Positions 28,598 to 39,119 of a stretch of 39,253 bases of DNA are shown in pieces. Under the pieces are notes generated by a model. It had not been told where the DNA came from, made no database searches, and worked only from the letters and a program-made list of their open reading frames with translations. The position numbers were made by a program, and so were the translations under genes. How positions within the stretch are numbered: the stretch's first letter is position 1; each line of letters starts with the position of its first letter. This DNA comes from Oculatellaceae cyanobacterium bins.114 (GTDB lineage Bacteria > Cyanobacteriota > Cyanobacteriia > Elainellales > Elainellaceae), in contig JANRJA010000035.1 of assembly GCA_033764315.1 (NCBI GenBank), positions 1 to 39,253 on the forward strand, read 5' to 3'.

Positions 28598-28978
28598 TTA
28601 CCGAAAATTATTGAAGGAAAAAACACCTCAGTAAGGGGATGGCGTAAGCATACTCAGTATTCCCCGCAGAGATTTGTTAAGGACAAAAGCCTTTACTTCT
28701 TTACTTAATGTAAATAAACCTAACAGCCAAGCCCAAACTCTTAATCATGCAACAGATGAAATGAGCACAAATTAGTAGCTAGGTGCGATCAAAGTTAACT
28801 CAATGCTGGGTTTTTGCTAAGCTCAACCCTCTTTTAACGCAGACTTTCACCGAGATTGCCTCCAATGCAAAGCCGATGTAACGAAGCCCAAACCAAAATG
28901 ATTAACTCCCAAAAGTTTGGTATTCTGATCACCACGCAGAGGATGTTGGTTTTGTGACACGCTAAAGGGGGAGTGCCC

Positions 28979-29572
28979 ATGCGAATTTTACTCAGGTTTG
29001 CGCGGGCGATCGATCGCATGGTCGAAGTGGTGGGGCAATGGTCACAGTGGCTAGTGATTATTACGGTCGCGGTTGGGTTTTATAACGTTGTTGCTCGCTA
29101 TATTGGGCGATTTATTGGCTTGCAGTTGTCCTCTAATGCTCTGATTGAGTTGCAATGGTACTTGTTTTCCCTGATCTTCTTATTTGGTTTTGCCTATATT
29201 TTGAAACACGACCAAAATGTGCGAGTCGATTTTTGGTATGCCCATTGGGGTGAACGACGACGCACCTGGATTAATTTGATTGGCACAGTGCTCTTTTTGA
29301 TCCCGTTTTGCCTGTTGGGATTGTATACGGCGTTTGATCCTGTGTTGGGGTCATGGGGACAACTCCCCGATGGCAGTTGGGGCACCTGGGAAATTTCTTC
29401 AGATGCGAATGGGCTACCGCGTGCCCCGATTAAAAGCATGGTGTTAGTAGGCTTAGTCCTTCTGTTATTGCAGGCGATCGCCCAAACCATCAAATATGTG
29501 GCGGTTTTGTTGGGATATCCAGAGGCAACTCAACAGCTTCACCAAGAATCAGAACACCTTCCATTTGAGTAA
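28979..29572 (+). CDS. dctQ: TRAP transporter small permease (DctQ)
   Basis: Four TM segments; ELQWYLF, HDQNVRVD and PIKS motifs; GGAG RBS before ATG 28979. Confidence 0.9.
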   Translation: MRILLRFARAIDRMVEVVGQWSQWLVIITVAVGFYNVVARYIGRFIGLQLSSNALIELQWYLFSLIFLFGFAYILKHDQNVRVDFWYAHWGERRRTWINLIGTVLFLIPFCLLGLYTAFDPVLGSWGQLPDGSWGTWEISSDANGLPRAPIKSMVLVGLVLLLLQAIAQTIKYVAVLLGYPEATQQLHQESEHLPFE

Positions 29573-29603
29573 TTCACCATGAACCACAGGGAGCAATATC
29601 ACA

Positions 29604-30938
29604 ATGGGTTATGAATGGTTGGCGATCGCCATGTTCGCCTTCTTTTTTGTCATTTTGATCAGTGGTTATCCGGTCGCGTTTTCCTTTGCAGGAACAGCTC
29701 TAACGTTTGGCGTGATTGGTTTAGCCTGTGGAGCTTTTAATCCCAATCGGTTGTTGTTGCTGCCCAATATCTGGTTTGGCACAATGTCAAACTTTACGCT
29801 TTTAGCAATTCCCTTTTTTGTATTTTTGGGAGCCATTTTAGAGAAATCAGGCATTGCCGAAGAATTGCTAGAGACGATTGGCATTCTCATGGGGCGGTTG
29901 CGAGGAGGCTTGGCCTTGGCCGTGGTGATTGTGGGCACTCTTCTTGCCGCAACAACAGGGGTAGTCGCCGCAACTGTGATTGTCATGGGCATGCTCTCAT
30001 TGCCAATTATGTTGCGCTATGGCTATGACAAGCAGTTAGCCGCTGGCATTATTGTGGCATCAGGAACGCTGGCTCAGTTGATCCCTCCCAGTTTGGTGCT
30101 CGTTGTGCTCAGTGATCAAATTGGGGTGTCTGTTGGAGATCTGTTTTTGGGGGCGTTAATTCCTGGGTTAATGCTGTCTGGATCATATGCGCTTTATGTT
30201 TTGCTGCTGGCGTTGTGGAAGCCCGATATAGCCCCGGCGTTGCCCAGCGAAGTGCGAATGATGGGGGGCACTGCTTTATTTAAAAAAGTACTAAAAGCTG
30301 TTTTGCCCCCGGTTGTGTTGATCTTTGCTGTGCTGGGAAGCATTTTCTTTGGGCTAGCGACCCCAACCGAAGCTGGGGCCGTTGGAGCCGTTGGTGCCTG
30401 TATATTAGCTGCCATAAACCGTCGCTGGAATCAAAAACTGATCCGAGATGCGGCTCATTCCACAGCATCCATTACAACGTTAGTGTTGATGATTCTCTTT
30501 TGCTCCTCTTTCTTCGGTCTAGTCTTTGATGGGTTAGGTGGCAAACAACTGATTACCAGCATGCTCGTTAGTTTGCCGGGTGGTCATCTCAGCTTTTTGA
30601 TCGTGAGTAACCTGGTGATTTTTGCATTGGGGGTTTTTCTAGAATTCATTGAGATCTGTTTTATTGCCATGCCGTTACTAGTCCCCGCTGCCCAAGCTCT
30701 TGGACTTGATATGGTTTGGTTTGGGGTCGTGATGGCAATTAACTTACAAACCGCTTTTATTTCACCTCCCGTTGGGTTTTCTTTGTTCTATCTCCAGAGT
30801 GTCGCGCCTAAAGAGGTGAGCACCATCGATATTCACCGCAGTGCTCTACCTTTTATGGTGTTGCAAGTTGGGGTGTTGTTGATTGTTATGGTTTTTCCTC
30901 AAACCGTTCGGTGGTTAGTGGATTTGTCATTTCAATAA
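29604..30938 (+). CDS. dctM: TRAP transporter large permease (DctM)
   Basis: [33 protein letters not shown] and [10 protein letters not shown] motifs. Confidence 0.95.
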   Translation: MGYEWLAIAMFAFFFVILISGYPVAFSFAGTALTFGVIGLACGAFNPNRLLLLPNIWFGTMSNFTLLAIPFFVFLGAILEKSGIAEELLETIGILMGRLRGGLALAVVIVGTLLAATTGVVAATVIVMGMLSLPIMLRYGYDKQLAAGIIVASGTLAQLIPPSLVLVVLSDQIGVSVGDLFLGALIPGLMLSGSYALYVLLLALWKPDIAPALPSEVRMMGGTALFKKVLKAVLPPVVLIFAVLGSIFFGLATPTEAGAVGAVGACILAAINRRWNQKLIRDAAHSTASITTLVLMILFCSSFFGLVFDGLGGKQLITSMLVSLPGGHLSFLIVSNLVIFALGVFLEFIEICFIAMPLLVPAAQALGLDMVWFGVVMAINLQTAFISPPVGFSLFYLQSVAPKEVSTIDIHRSALPFMVLQVGVLLIVMVFPQTVRWLVDLSFQ

Positions 30939-30952
30939 ATGAATGGTTTCCC

Positions 30953-31711
30953 TCAACCTGCAATCAACTGAGTCCAACCTCCATCTATCACCAGTTCTTC
31001 TCCTAAGATGAAGGACGAATCCTCACTCGCGAGAAATAGCACAGCTTTTGCGACTTCGTCTGATTCACCAAATCGTTTCATGGGAATGACTTGTTGCAGT
31101 TTTCCTGCGAATTGGTCTACCTGGTCTTGAGAAAGCCCAAGTTTGTTATAGATTGGGGTTGTAATTGGCCCTGGACTGACAGCATTAACTCGAATTCCCT
31201 GACCGATCAGTTCTGCCGCCAGCACACGGGTGAGCGATCGCAACGCCGCTTTAGAAGCTGCATAAATCCCTGAATTGGGCATGCCCATCTGATTGTTGAT
31301 CGAGGTATTAAACACAATACTGCTGTTAGCAGACATCAAAGGAACTGCCTTTTGTACGGCAAATAAGGCTCCTTTAAAGTTGATATCCATGATCTCGTCG
31401 ATGAATGATTCTTCAGCGTCTAATAAGGGTTTGAATTTGGCGACCCCTGCGTTGACAAATAGAATGTCGAGTTTGCCCCAATGCTCTTTAACTTGAGTTA
31501 ATACGGTATCTAAATCAGTGAGCGATCGCGTGTCTGCTCGAATAGCTAGGGCCTCTATCCCTAACTGCTTAGAAGCGTCATTCAGACGTTCTTGATTTTG
31601 CCCTGTAATAGCAACTTTGGCTCCCTCTTGAACAAAAAGTTGGGCAGTTGCCAAACCAATCCCAGTTGTGCCGCCTGTAATTAAGGCAACTTTTCCAGTG
31701 AGTCGAGACAT
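30953..31711 (-). CDS. Short-chain dehydrogenase/reductase (SDR)
   Basis: TGGTTGIG, NAG, YAASK, RVNAVSPG and IDGG motifs. Confidence 0.95.
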   Translation of the reverse strand: MSRLTGKVALITGGTTGIGLATAQLFVQEGAKVAITGQNQERLNDASKQLGIEALAIRADTRSLTDLDTVLTQVKEHWGKLDILFVNAGVAKFKPLLDAEESFIDEIMDINFKGALFAVQKAVPLMSANSSIVFNTSINNQMGMPNSGIYAASKAALRSLTRVLAAELIGQGIRVNAVSPGPITTPIYNKLGLSQDQVDQFAGKLQQVIPMKRFGESDEVAKAVLFLASEDSSFILGEELVIDGGWTQLIAG

Positions 31712-31852
31712 AAGGGGTGCTCCTTAAAAGTGGGTTATCAGGTGTGATTCATCATTGACTCGATATACCTTAGTTTTAATTCGCTATTATTGAACTATCA
31801 ATGCTTCAAAGTTCAAATATCATGTCCATTCGTTCAGAGAGGGTAGAACAAA

Positions 31853-32794
31853 ATGGATGCCCTGAGTGAGGTTTTTCGATCAATTCATTTAGAAAGTACA
31901 ACCTGCTATCGCTTAGAGTTGGCTGCACCGTGGGCAGTACAGATGAATGCCTTTGATGGAGCCGTATTTCTCGTCATTGTTCGCGGCAGCAGTTGGCTTG
32001 AGATCGAAGGAATTGATACGTTGATGCCCTTAGTGGGGGGCGATTTGGTGGTTCTTCCTAAAGGTCAGCCACATCGATTGTACGATTCCCTGTCAGAGCA
32101 GCAGACAACCATTGATTTTGACGAGTTGATTCAGAGTCAATCTGAAGACTCATCAACCGTGATACAGGTCAAGGGTGACGGGCTATCAACAACTTTGATA
32201 TATGGGCGATTTTCTTTTGAACCGCTGCCCGAAAACCCACTGTTGTCTGCGTTGCCTCCACAACTGATTGTCAAAGGTGAAGAAGGGCGTGCTGTTGAGT
32301 GGTTAGACACAACATGGCAATTCATGGCATCGGAAATGGCGATCGCTCGTCCAGGTGCTCAAGTGGTGATCAACCATTTAGCTGGAATTCTTTTAGTACA
32401 AGCAGTTCGGGCTTACATTATGAATCAGGAATGTCGCGATCGCTGCTGGCTAAGAGCATTAACGGATCCTCAAATTGGGGCTGCCATTCACCTGATCCAT
32501 CGTCATCCTGAACAAGGGTGGACGGCTGAAGAATTGGCAGAACGAGTGGGCATCTCGCGCACCACTTTCTTTACTCAATTTCGAGAATTAGTGGGAGAAC
32601 CCCCTAATAAATATCTAACTCGTTGGCGCATGCAGCGAGCCAGTCAAATTTTGCGATCGCAGCGTCTTCCTTTGAGTGCCATAGCTAACTCAGTAGGATA
32701 TGAATCAGAAGCATCCTTTAGCAAGGCATTTAAGCAATGGATGGGGCAATCACCAGGAGCTTATCGACAAACCAATGCAACGGTGCAGTCATGA
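31853..32794 (+). CDS. AraC-family transcriptional regulator (cupin N-terminus, RclR-like), divergent from the SDR
   Basis: MDALSEV start; APW; WT.EELA...GISR..F; GYESEASFSKAFK HTH. Confidence 0.93.
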   Translation: MDALSEVFRSIHLESTTCYRLELAAPWAVQMNAFDGAVFLVIVRGSSWLEIEGIDTLMPLVGGDLVVLPKGQPHRLYDSLSEQQTTIDFDELIQSQSEDSSTVIQVKGDGLSTTLIYGRFSFEPLPENPLLSALPPQLIVKGEEGRAVEWLDTTWQFMASEMAIARPGAQVVINHLAGILLVQAVRAYIMNQECRDRCWLRALTDPQIGAAIHLIHRHPEQGWTAEELAERVGISRTTFFTQFRELVGEPPNKYLTRWRMQRASQILRSQRLPLSAIANSVGYESEASFSKAFKQWMGQSPGAYRQTNATVQS

Positions 32795-32875
32795 CATAGA
32801 CAGTTGCGATAGAAAAATATTAAGTATTAAATTGAAAAAAACAAACTGAATATAGAATAAAAATGGATAAATCAA

Positions 32876-33570
32876 GTGGTAAATTTCACCTCTCATTCAC
32901 GTGGAATGGAAACGATATTTTTAATTTTTGCGCTGCTGAAAGGTTCATATTCGTTGTTTGTCGCCAGTGTAAATTGCAAGAATTTACTCAAAAAAACCGT
33001 TAAGTTATCTAATGTAAGCAGTGAAAAATTATCAGAATCAATAAAGTACTGTGCTATTTTGACGATCATTGAACTAGTTGGCACATGTTTCACGCTAATT
33101 CCTCTAATGTTAGGAGTTCAAAGCATGAGATATATACTTGTTGGTTTTGCTATCTGGTTTATAACAGGAGCAATTGAGGATTTTACTAAAATTTTAACTT
33201 ACCGTTGGGAACAGAAAAGACGACAACAGCACTCTCTATAATCTATAAGAATTACAGAACTAATTGGATCAGTCTCATTGGTATATATGCCTAATTTTGT
33301 GCTATTGCTATTTGCTGTATATGATATTAGATATTTATTTTTAACCCTATGTGTGACTATTCGAGATCCCCGGTTTTCAGGCATGTAACTAGATACCTTT
33401 CAGTCAACTCCAACAAGAAACCGGGAATCTAAACCCCTAAATTACACATCGCGTTATTTTTAAAGAGTTTTAATAGTCTTAAGATAGAAGAAAGAATGTT
33501 CGATGGTTTTTCAGTAATCACTTTAGACAGCATGAATAAGCTTAATGGACAACTTGCTGTTTACTGCTAA
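32876..33570 (+). pseudogene. Low-GC membrane-protein gene disrupted by an in-frame TAA (33239-33241) and a MITE insertion
   Basis: The frame continues past the stop (SIRITELIGSVSLVYMPNFVLLLFAVYDIRYLFL). After removing the MITE and one TSD it stays open (KSFNSLKIEERMFDG...AVYC*) to 33570. The start codon is uncertain. Confidence 0.6.
33344..33454. mobile_element. MITE-like element, copy 2 (111 bp, inverted relative to copy 1), 8-bp target duplication TATTTTTA
   Basis: Ends ACCCTATGTG...CACATCGCGT; TATTTTTA at 33336-33343 and 33455-33462; the reverse complement aligns end to end with 827-938. Confidence 0.85.
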
Positions 33571-33583
33571 ATAGGAGGTAGAG

Positions 33584-33808
33584 ATGCAGAATCAAAAATG
33601 TCCTAAATGTGGTGGAGAAATGGATTCAGGGCGAGTGCAGGCTGAAAGTTTAATGTACTATTCAGATTGGCAGAAAAAGCCCTTCAAGCTTGGCATACTT
33701 GTTGATCAAGCATGTGCATGTCTAACCTGCGGGTATATTGAGTTGTATCTAAATCCAGACGTTTTAAAGAAAAAGATACAAGACAACAACCCAGACATCC
33801 CTAAATAG
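33584..33808 (+). CDS. Small zinc-ribbon protein (CPKC...CLTCGYIELY; DUF6487-like)
   Basis: Strong AGGAGG RBS; two CxxC pairs. Confidence 0.8.
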   Translation: MQNQKCPKCGGEMDSGRVQAESLMYYSDWQKKPFKLGILVDQACACLTCGYIELYLNPDVLKKKIQDNNPDIPK

Positions 33809-33950
33809 CTAAGGCACTGCCGTAATAAAGACCTTATAAGGTATTCAGATGCAGCGGATTGACTCATGATCCTTCTGTAGAAGTTCTGTGGGATAGGAAG
33901 AATAACTCTAAGCTCTAATTTGAGACATTAAGTAAGAAGACACCATTATT

Positions 33951-34076
33951 TATAGTACTGCTTTTCACAGATAGGGTTCGGAAATAAAACCAAGGGGGTG
34001 TGGGGGCTGCGCCCCCAGTCAGGGGTTTCACCCCTGCACCCCAAATTCCCACCCCTATTTACGACGAGTTGTAATA
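33951..34076. repeat. MITE/REP-like element with GC-rich hairpins
   Basis: Core GGGGGTGTGGGGGCTGCGCCCCCAGTCAGGGGTTTCACCCCTGCACCCC; imperfect terminal inverted repeats (…ATAGGG / CCCTAT…). Confidence 0.65.
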
Positions 34077-34241
34077 GGATGAGTTGGCGATCGCGTAACC
34101 CATGCGGATGTTAAGTTGCATGCTCCAATTCAACTTGCTAGCTGAGCTTTGCTGAACGTCCAGACACGGACTCCAGAAGATGTAGATTTTGGTGAACTGA
34201 CATAGGTGGCTTTGCTCCTTTGCGGTTTCAACCAATTCTTT

Positions 34242-34268
34242 TAATTGAGCTAATTGAGCTAATTGAGC
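34242..34268 (+). repeat. Tandem 9-bp repeat TAATTGAGC x3
   Basis: Exact units at 34242, 34251 and 34260. Confidence 0.9.
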
Positions 34269-34274
34269 AGTTCA

Positions 34275-34442
34275 ATGAAGAATATACAGTACTTCTGCGC
34301 CACCACCATTCTCGATACTGCATTCTTCAAGGACAGACAAGACTATTTGATCAGCACCGAGCTAACTCTGATCGAGCAAACCTGGTTGGTGGATGAATTA
34401 AAGGGACTATTAAACCATTTACAGCATCGGGTAGTCCTCTAA
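34275..34442 (+). pseudogene. Possible gene remnant (55 aa)
   Basis: MKNIQYF...LTLIEQTWLVDELKGLL...; the L-x3-E-x2-WL-x2-E pattern recalls C-termini of cyanobacterial membrane proteins and Ser/Thr kinases. No clear RBS. Confidence 0.3.
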
Positions 34443-34733
34443 AAGTAATGATTTTTGAGTAAAGACTACCCAGCATCGTTGAGGGATGTAGATTAATCAA
34501 AACCAAATTTTTGGAGAGGGTTTATAGCTTACTCCTTTGCTTCTCAACTTTTGATACCTTATAGTCATAAAAGTTCTATCTTTAGAAGGATGACTCTCGC
34601 TACTCGATGGAAGATTTGCTCCCTTTAAAGGTAAGCTGTGTCTCTTGAAGGTAGGTTGTGTCAAGATATCCCTTACCGACTTCCCTAGAATTATTGCTGG
34701 AGCGATGCGGTGCAAGACTTTGAACCATCTGCG

Positions 34734-37145
34734 ATGGAACAATCATCGACTGATCGGGCGAATTCCCCTCCTCATCCCAAAATGCTCTCGGCACAATGGG
34801 AAGGGATGGTTTTTCAACTGATCGACGGCTCTATAGCAGGGTGTAATGCAGCAGCAGAGAAGATTTTAGGGTTTACCAAGGAGCAAATGCAGGGATGGAC
34901 ATTTGACACTTGCCCCTGGCAAATAATCGAGCCATCGGGGGATCCTTTGGTGACTGAGCGGTATCCTGCCAAGATTGCCTTGCAAACTGGACAGCCTTGT
35001 TTAGACGTTGTATTGGGGTTATACCATCCCAATGGCACGTTAATTTGGCTACAAGTCAACGCTCAGCCTTTGTTTCAAGTTAATGAAGCCACTCCTTATG
35101 CAGTTGTTTCTACATTCAGAGAAACGGCTGAACCCGGGGCATCGTCTCATTTATCGCAAGAGCCATCTGAGCGGTCTTTACATCAGAACCAGGATTTACA
35201 TGAGGCGATTTTTAATGAGTCTACCGATGCCCTGTTTTTGGTTGATCCCACCACACTCGAAACAGTGGACTGTAACCAACGGGCCGTTGAGTTGTTTGAG
35301 GCAACCAGCAAGGACGAGTTAATTGGAATTCAAGGACCTACCTTACATCGATATCCCTTCACTCCAGAACAACGGAACCTTGTGCTCACCCATATGCAAA
35401 CAGGGGCCTGGATTGGCGAAATCGAGTACGTGACCCGTCAAGGTAAACCCTTTTGGGGCAATCTGGCAACAAAAACAATTCAACTGGGCGATCGCGCCAT
35501 TAACCTGGTTCGCATTACCGATATCACTCAACAGCAAACGGCTCTGTTAGAACGCCAGCAAGCAGAAGCAGCACTACATGAGAGTCAGGCTCAACTTCAA
35601 CAAAAGCTGGCGGAGATCGAAGCCATTTATCAGTCGGCTCCCATCGGCTTAAACTTCATCGACACCGATCTTCGCTTTGTGCGGATTAATCAGCGATTAG
35701 CAGAGATGAATGGATTACCTGTAGAGGCTCATCTAGGGCGGACTGTGCGAGAAGTATTGCCTGCTCTAGCCGATGAAGCAGAATTGTTGCTGCGCCAGAT
35801 TTTAGAAACTGGAGAACCTTTGTTAAATGTGGAAATTGTCGGAGAGACTCCGGCGCAACCGGGTGTGCAACGCACTTGGCTTGAGAGCTTTTTGCCCTTA
35901 AAAGATGGCGATCGCATCATCGGCATTAGTACCGTCTGCGAGGAAATTACTGAGCGCAAGCAAGCAGAGATCGAACGAGAGCAGTTATTAGAAAGAGAAC
36001 AAGCCACACGAGCAGCAGCAGAACAGGCAAACCGCGTCAAAGATGAGTTTTTGGCGGTGCTGTCTCATGAACTGCGATCGCCCCTTAACCCGATTTTGGG
36101 TTGGGCAAAACTCTTGCAAACACAGAAATTAGGGCAAGACAAGACCCAGCAAGCCTTGGGAACGATTGAGCGTAATGCAAAATTATTGGTGCAATTGATT
36201 GATGATTTGCTCGACATGGCTCGCATCATGCAAGGCAAATTGGTTTTAGCTTTAGAGCCAGTTTCGTTACCTGATGTGGTTACAGCCGCCGTTGAAACGG
36301 TTCGGTTTGCAGCAGAGTCAAAATTGCTTCACTTGGAAGTTTTTCTCACTCCCGCTCTACAACCGATCGAAGGGGATGCCATGAGGCTACAACAGGTTAT
36401 CTGGAACTTGCTCGCCAATGCCGTTAAGTTTACGCCAGAGCACGGAAGAATTTTAGTGCGTTTAGAGCAGAGCAACACCCATGCCTACATTCAAATAGAA
36501 GATACTGGTAGAGGCATCAGCCCAGAATTTTTGCCTCACATCTTTGAACGATTTCAGCAGCAGGACACCTCTACAGCCCGTCAATTTGGTGGTTTAGGGT
36601 TAGGCTTGGCTATCTCCCGGCAATTAGTCGAACTGCATGGAGGTACGATTACCGCTGTCAGTGCAGGCGAAGGACAGGGGGCAACCTTTACTGTCCAGTT
36701 ACCGTTGATGCATTCCTTGCCTCAATCGATATCATCTGGTTTACTGACGCCCCAACCCCTCAATCTAAACGGTGTTCGAGTACTGGTTGTAGACGATGAA
36801 CCCGATTCATTGGAGTTGCTCAAAGTATTTTTAGAACAGGAGGGCGCGATCGCCACAACCGTTGCTTCGGCTGAGCAAGCCTTAAAAGTGCTGATACAAG
36901 ACTCGTTTGATGTGTTGGTCAGTGATATCGGGATGCCCAAAATAAATGGCTATGAATTGCTGCGCCAAGTTCGGGCATTACCAGGAGAGCAGAACCGAAT
37001 GATTCCAGCGATCGCTCTAACTGCATACGCAGGAGAACGAAATCAACAACAAGCTTTTGAGGCTGGCTACCACATTCACCTATCAAAACCAATTGAGCCA
37101 AATCGGTTAATTACTGCCATTGCTACACTAACGCAGTCCAGTTAA
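34734..37145 (+). CDS. Hybrid histidine kinase PAS(x3)-HisKA-HATPase-REC
   Basis: LSHELRSPLNPILGW, NLLANAVKFTP, GGLGLGL and VSDIGMP motifs. ATG 34734 chosen; the ORF opens at GTG 34710. Confidence 0.93.
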   Translation: MEQSSTDRANSPPHPKMLSAQWEGMVFQLIDGSIAGCNAAAEKILGFTKEQMQGWTFDTCPWQIIEPSGDPLVTERYPAKIALQTGQPCLDVVLGLYHPNGTLIWLQVNAQPLFQVNEATPYAVVSTFRETAEPGASSHLSQEPSERSLHQNQDLHEAIFNESTDALFLVDPTTLETVDCNQRAVELFEATSKDELIGIQGPTLHRYPFTPEQRNLVLTHMQTGAWIGEIEYVTRQGKPFWGNLATKTIQLGDRAINLVRITDITQQQTALLERQQAEAALHESQAQLQQKLAEIEAIYQSAPIGLNFIDTDLRFVRINQRLAEMNGLPVEAHLGRTVREVLPALADEAELLLRQILETGEPLLNVEIVGETPAQPGVQRTWLESFLPLKDGDRIIGISTVCEEITERKQAEIEREQLLEREQATRAAAEQANRVKDEFLAVLSHELRSPLNPILGWAKLLQTQKLGQDKTQQALGTIERNAKLLVQLIDDLLDMARIMQGKLVLALEPVSLPDVVTAAVETVRFAAESKLLHLEVFLTPALQPIEGDAMRLQQVIWNLLANAVKFTPEHGRILVRLEQSNTHAYIQIEDTGRGISPEFLPHIFERFQQQDTSTARQFGGLGLGLAISRQLVELHGGTITAVSAGEGQGATFTVQLPLMHSLPQSISSGLLTPQPLNLNGVRVLVVDDEPDSLELLKVFLEQEGAIATTVASAEQALKVLIQDSFDVLVSDIGMPKINGYELLRQVRALPGEQNRMIPAIALTAYAGERNQQQAFEAGYHIHLSKPIEPNRLITAIATLTQSS

Positions 37146-37493
37146 CCCCGATGAAGTCGCCTTTGAAGATTCTAGAGGAAACTCAGAGATCTCTAAGTCC
37201 CATCTAAGTCTCTCTGGCAACGGGTTGAGCAGAGCCAAAACCCAAATTCTCAATTGAGTTTGACGAAGCCCCTACACCTCGTACTTCCAAATTCAAGAGA
37301 ACCCACAGGTTGCTTCGTTGCTTGGGCAAGAGATGCACCACTGATCACCAAGACAACATCCAAGATCAACCCTGTTTCTTAAAAAATCTCATCCCTCTTG
37401 ATAGAGAGACGATTAGTGCTCAATCTCTACAATCGGATAGGGCAACGACCAATAGTATCGATCCCAAACATCAACCTATGAAGGCATTAACTT

Positions 37494-38555
37494 ATGTATC
37501 AGACGAAAGCATATTCCGCTGCTAGTGCCACATCACCTCTGGCTTCCGACACGATCGCACGGCGCGATCCAACCGAACACGATGTGCAGATCGAAATCCT
37601 CTTCTGCGGCGTCTGCCACTCCGATGTCCATTCGGTGCGTGACGAGTGGAGCGACTTCATGTCTACGACCTATCCCATTGTCCCCGGTCATGAGATCGTT
37701 GGACGGGTCACTCAAGTTGGCTCGGCAGTAACGAAATACAAGCCTGGTGATCTCGCGGCGATCGGCTGTATGGTCGATTCGGATGGTACCTGTCCCCAGT
37801 GCAAAGCTGGCTTTGAGCAGTTTTGCCAAAATGTAGTCTTCACCTACAACTCTCCAGACAAGCACAAGGCCGCGACCGTCACCTATGGTGGTTACTCCAA
37901 CAGTATTGTTGCCGATGAAAGCTTTGTTTTGCGCGTTCCAGAAAACCTCGATCTTGCTGGAGTTGCGCCGCTCCTGTGTGCTGGGATCACCACCTACTCA
38001 CCCTTGCGCCATTGGGGTGTTACTGAGGGCAAAAAAGTTGGCATCGTCGGACTGGGTGGACTGGGTCACATGGGCGTAAAGCTTGCCCATGCCTTTGGTG
38101 CCCATGTCGTTGTCTTTACAACCTCACCCGATAAAAAGGAAGACGCGCTTCGCCTTGGTGCTGATGAAGTGGTCGTTTCTCGCAATGCGGATGAGATGCA
38201 GAAACACGCAGGCAGCTTCGATTTCATTCTCGATACTGTCTCTGCCAAACACGACATCAATGCCTATCTCAACCTGCTCCGACTCGATGGCAACATCACC
38301 TTAGTTGGTGCACCAGAGAAGCCCCTAGAGGTCGCAGCGTTCAGCCTGATTATGGGGCGTCGCAGTCTCTCTGGCTCTAACATCGGCGGCATCGCCGAGA
38401 CTCAGGAAATGCTCGACTTTTGCGGTGAACATAACATCACTGCCGATGTTGAAGTTATCCCCATCCAAAAGATCAACGAAGCCTACGATCGCCTGCTCAA
38501 GTCCGATGTGAAATACCGCTTTGTTATTGATATGGCATCTTTGAAATCTGAATAA
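37494..38555 (+). CDS. adhA: Zn-dependent NAD(P)H alcohol dehydrogenase (cinnamyl-ADH/YahK-like)
   Basis: CGVCHSD, PGHEIVG, APLLCAGITTYSPL, GLGGLGHMG and YRFVID motifs. Confidence 0.9.
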   Translation: MYQTKAYSAASATSPLASDTIARRDPTEHDVQIEILFCGVCHSDVHSVRDEWSDFMSTTYPIVPGHEIVGRVTQVGSAVTKYKPGDLAAIGCMVDSDGTCPQCKAGFEQFCQNVVFTYNSPDKHKAATVTYGGYSNSIVADESFVLRVPENLDLAGVAPLLCAGITTYSPLRHWGVTEGKKVGIVGLGGLGHMGVKLAHAFGAHVVVFTTSPDKKEDALRLGADEVVVSRNADEMQKHAGSFDFILDTVSAKHDINAYLNLLRLDGNITLVGAPEKPLEVAAFSLIMGRRSLSGSNIGGIAETQEMLDFCGEHNITADVEVIPIQKINEAYDRLLKSDVKYRFVIDMASLKSE

Positions 38556-38556
38556 C

Positions 38557-39002
38557 TATAGCAACCTGAGGGTTGGTTAGAACGAGGTACAGGTGCTGCG
38601 TCGTGAACTCAGCCGAATGGTAGAACTCCCTCCCGCTTGAGTGCTCAGGTCTAAAGCGGGTTGGGGGTTCTGCCTCCACACCCGTTCTGTTCTCTGTTTT
38701 CTTCCCAATAAGATGTGGGGTTGTTGCAAACGTGTGAAAACTAGGCATTGGAGGAGTCTCCCCCAAACCCCCTAGCAGACAGTGTTTTGGTTTACCCAAA
38801 GACGCGCTTCGCATCGGTGCCAAGTTCGGGTGTTTTGGGTGAGAGCAAGACTTTTGGCAAAGGCTCAAAGTCCTCAAAAGTTAGGAATTTAGGGGCTAAG
38901 AGGACGTGTGTATATATCGTAGCCCAACGGGATTCTAGCTCCCTTCTGCTTGAGGAGAAGGGCTGGAGATGAGGGAAATGATACTTGCATTCAGCAACGC
39001 CC
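38557..39002. repeat. Stack of degenerate cyanobacterial short repeats / MITE remnants
   Basis: TATAGCAACC..., GGGGGTTCTGCCTCCACACCC, CCCCCAAACCCCC, AAAGTCCTCAAAAGTTAGGAATTTAGGGGC and GTGTGTATATATCGTAGC motifs; no credible ORF. Confidence 0.55.
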
Positions 39003-39056
39003 GAATTCAGATGAGTTAAGGGCGATCGCCAATTGGGTACTTCGTTTTTTAAAGGG

Positions 39057-39119
39057 CTAGCGTTGCAGAAGTTTCAGGGCGACCTGTCCCATCTGTTGAC
39101 CATAGGCAAGCTGCACTAA
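39057..39119 (-). pseudogene. Possible 3' remnant of a gene interrupted by the IS5-family element
   Basis: The minus strand reads LVQLAYGQQMGQVALKLLQR* starting exactly at the TAA next to the IS end. Confidence 0.4.

Noticed and set aside
34138-34203. 21-aa minus-strand ORF MSVHQNLHLLESVSGRSAKLS with an upstream AAGGAG
   Set aside because: Very short, long RBS spacing and no recognisable motif; cannot be supported without expression data.
38524-38972. 117-aa and 74-aa ORFs downstream of adhA
   Set aside because: Composed of REP/MITE-like repeat sequence.
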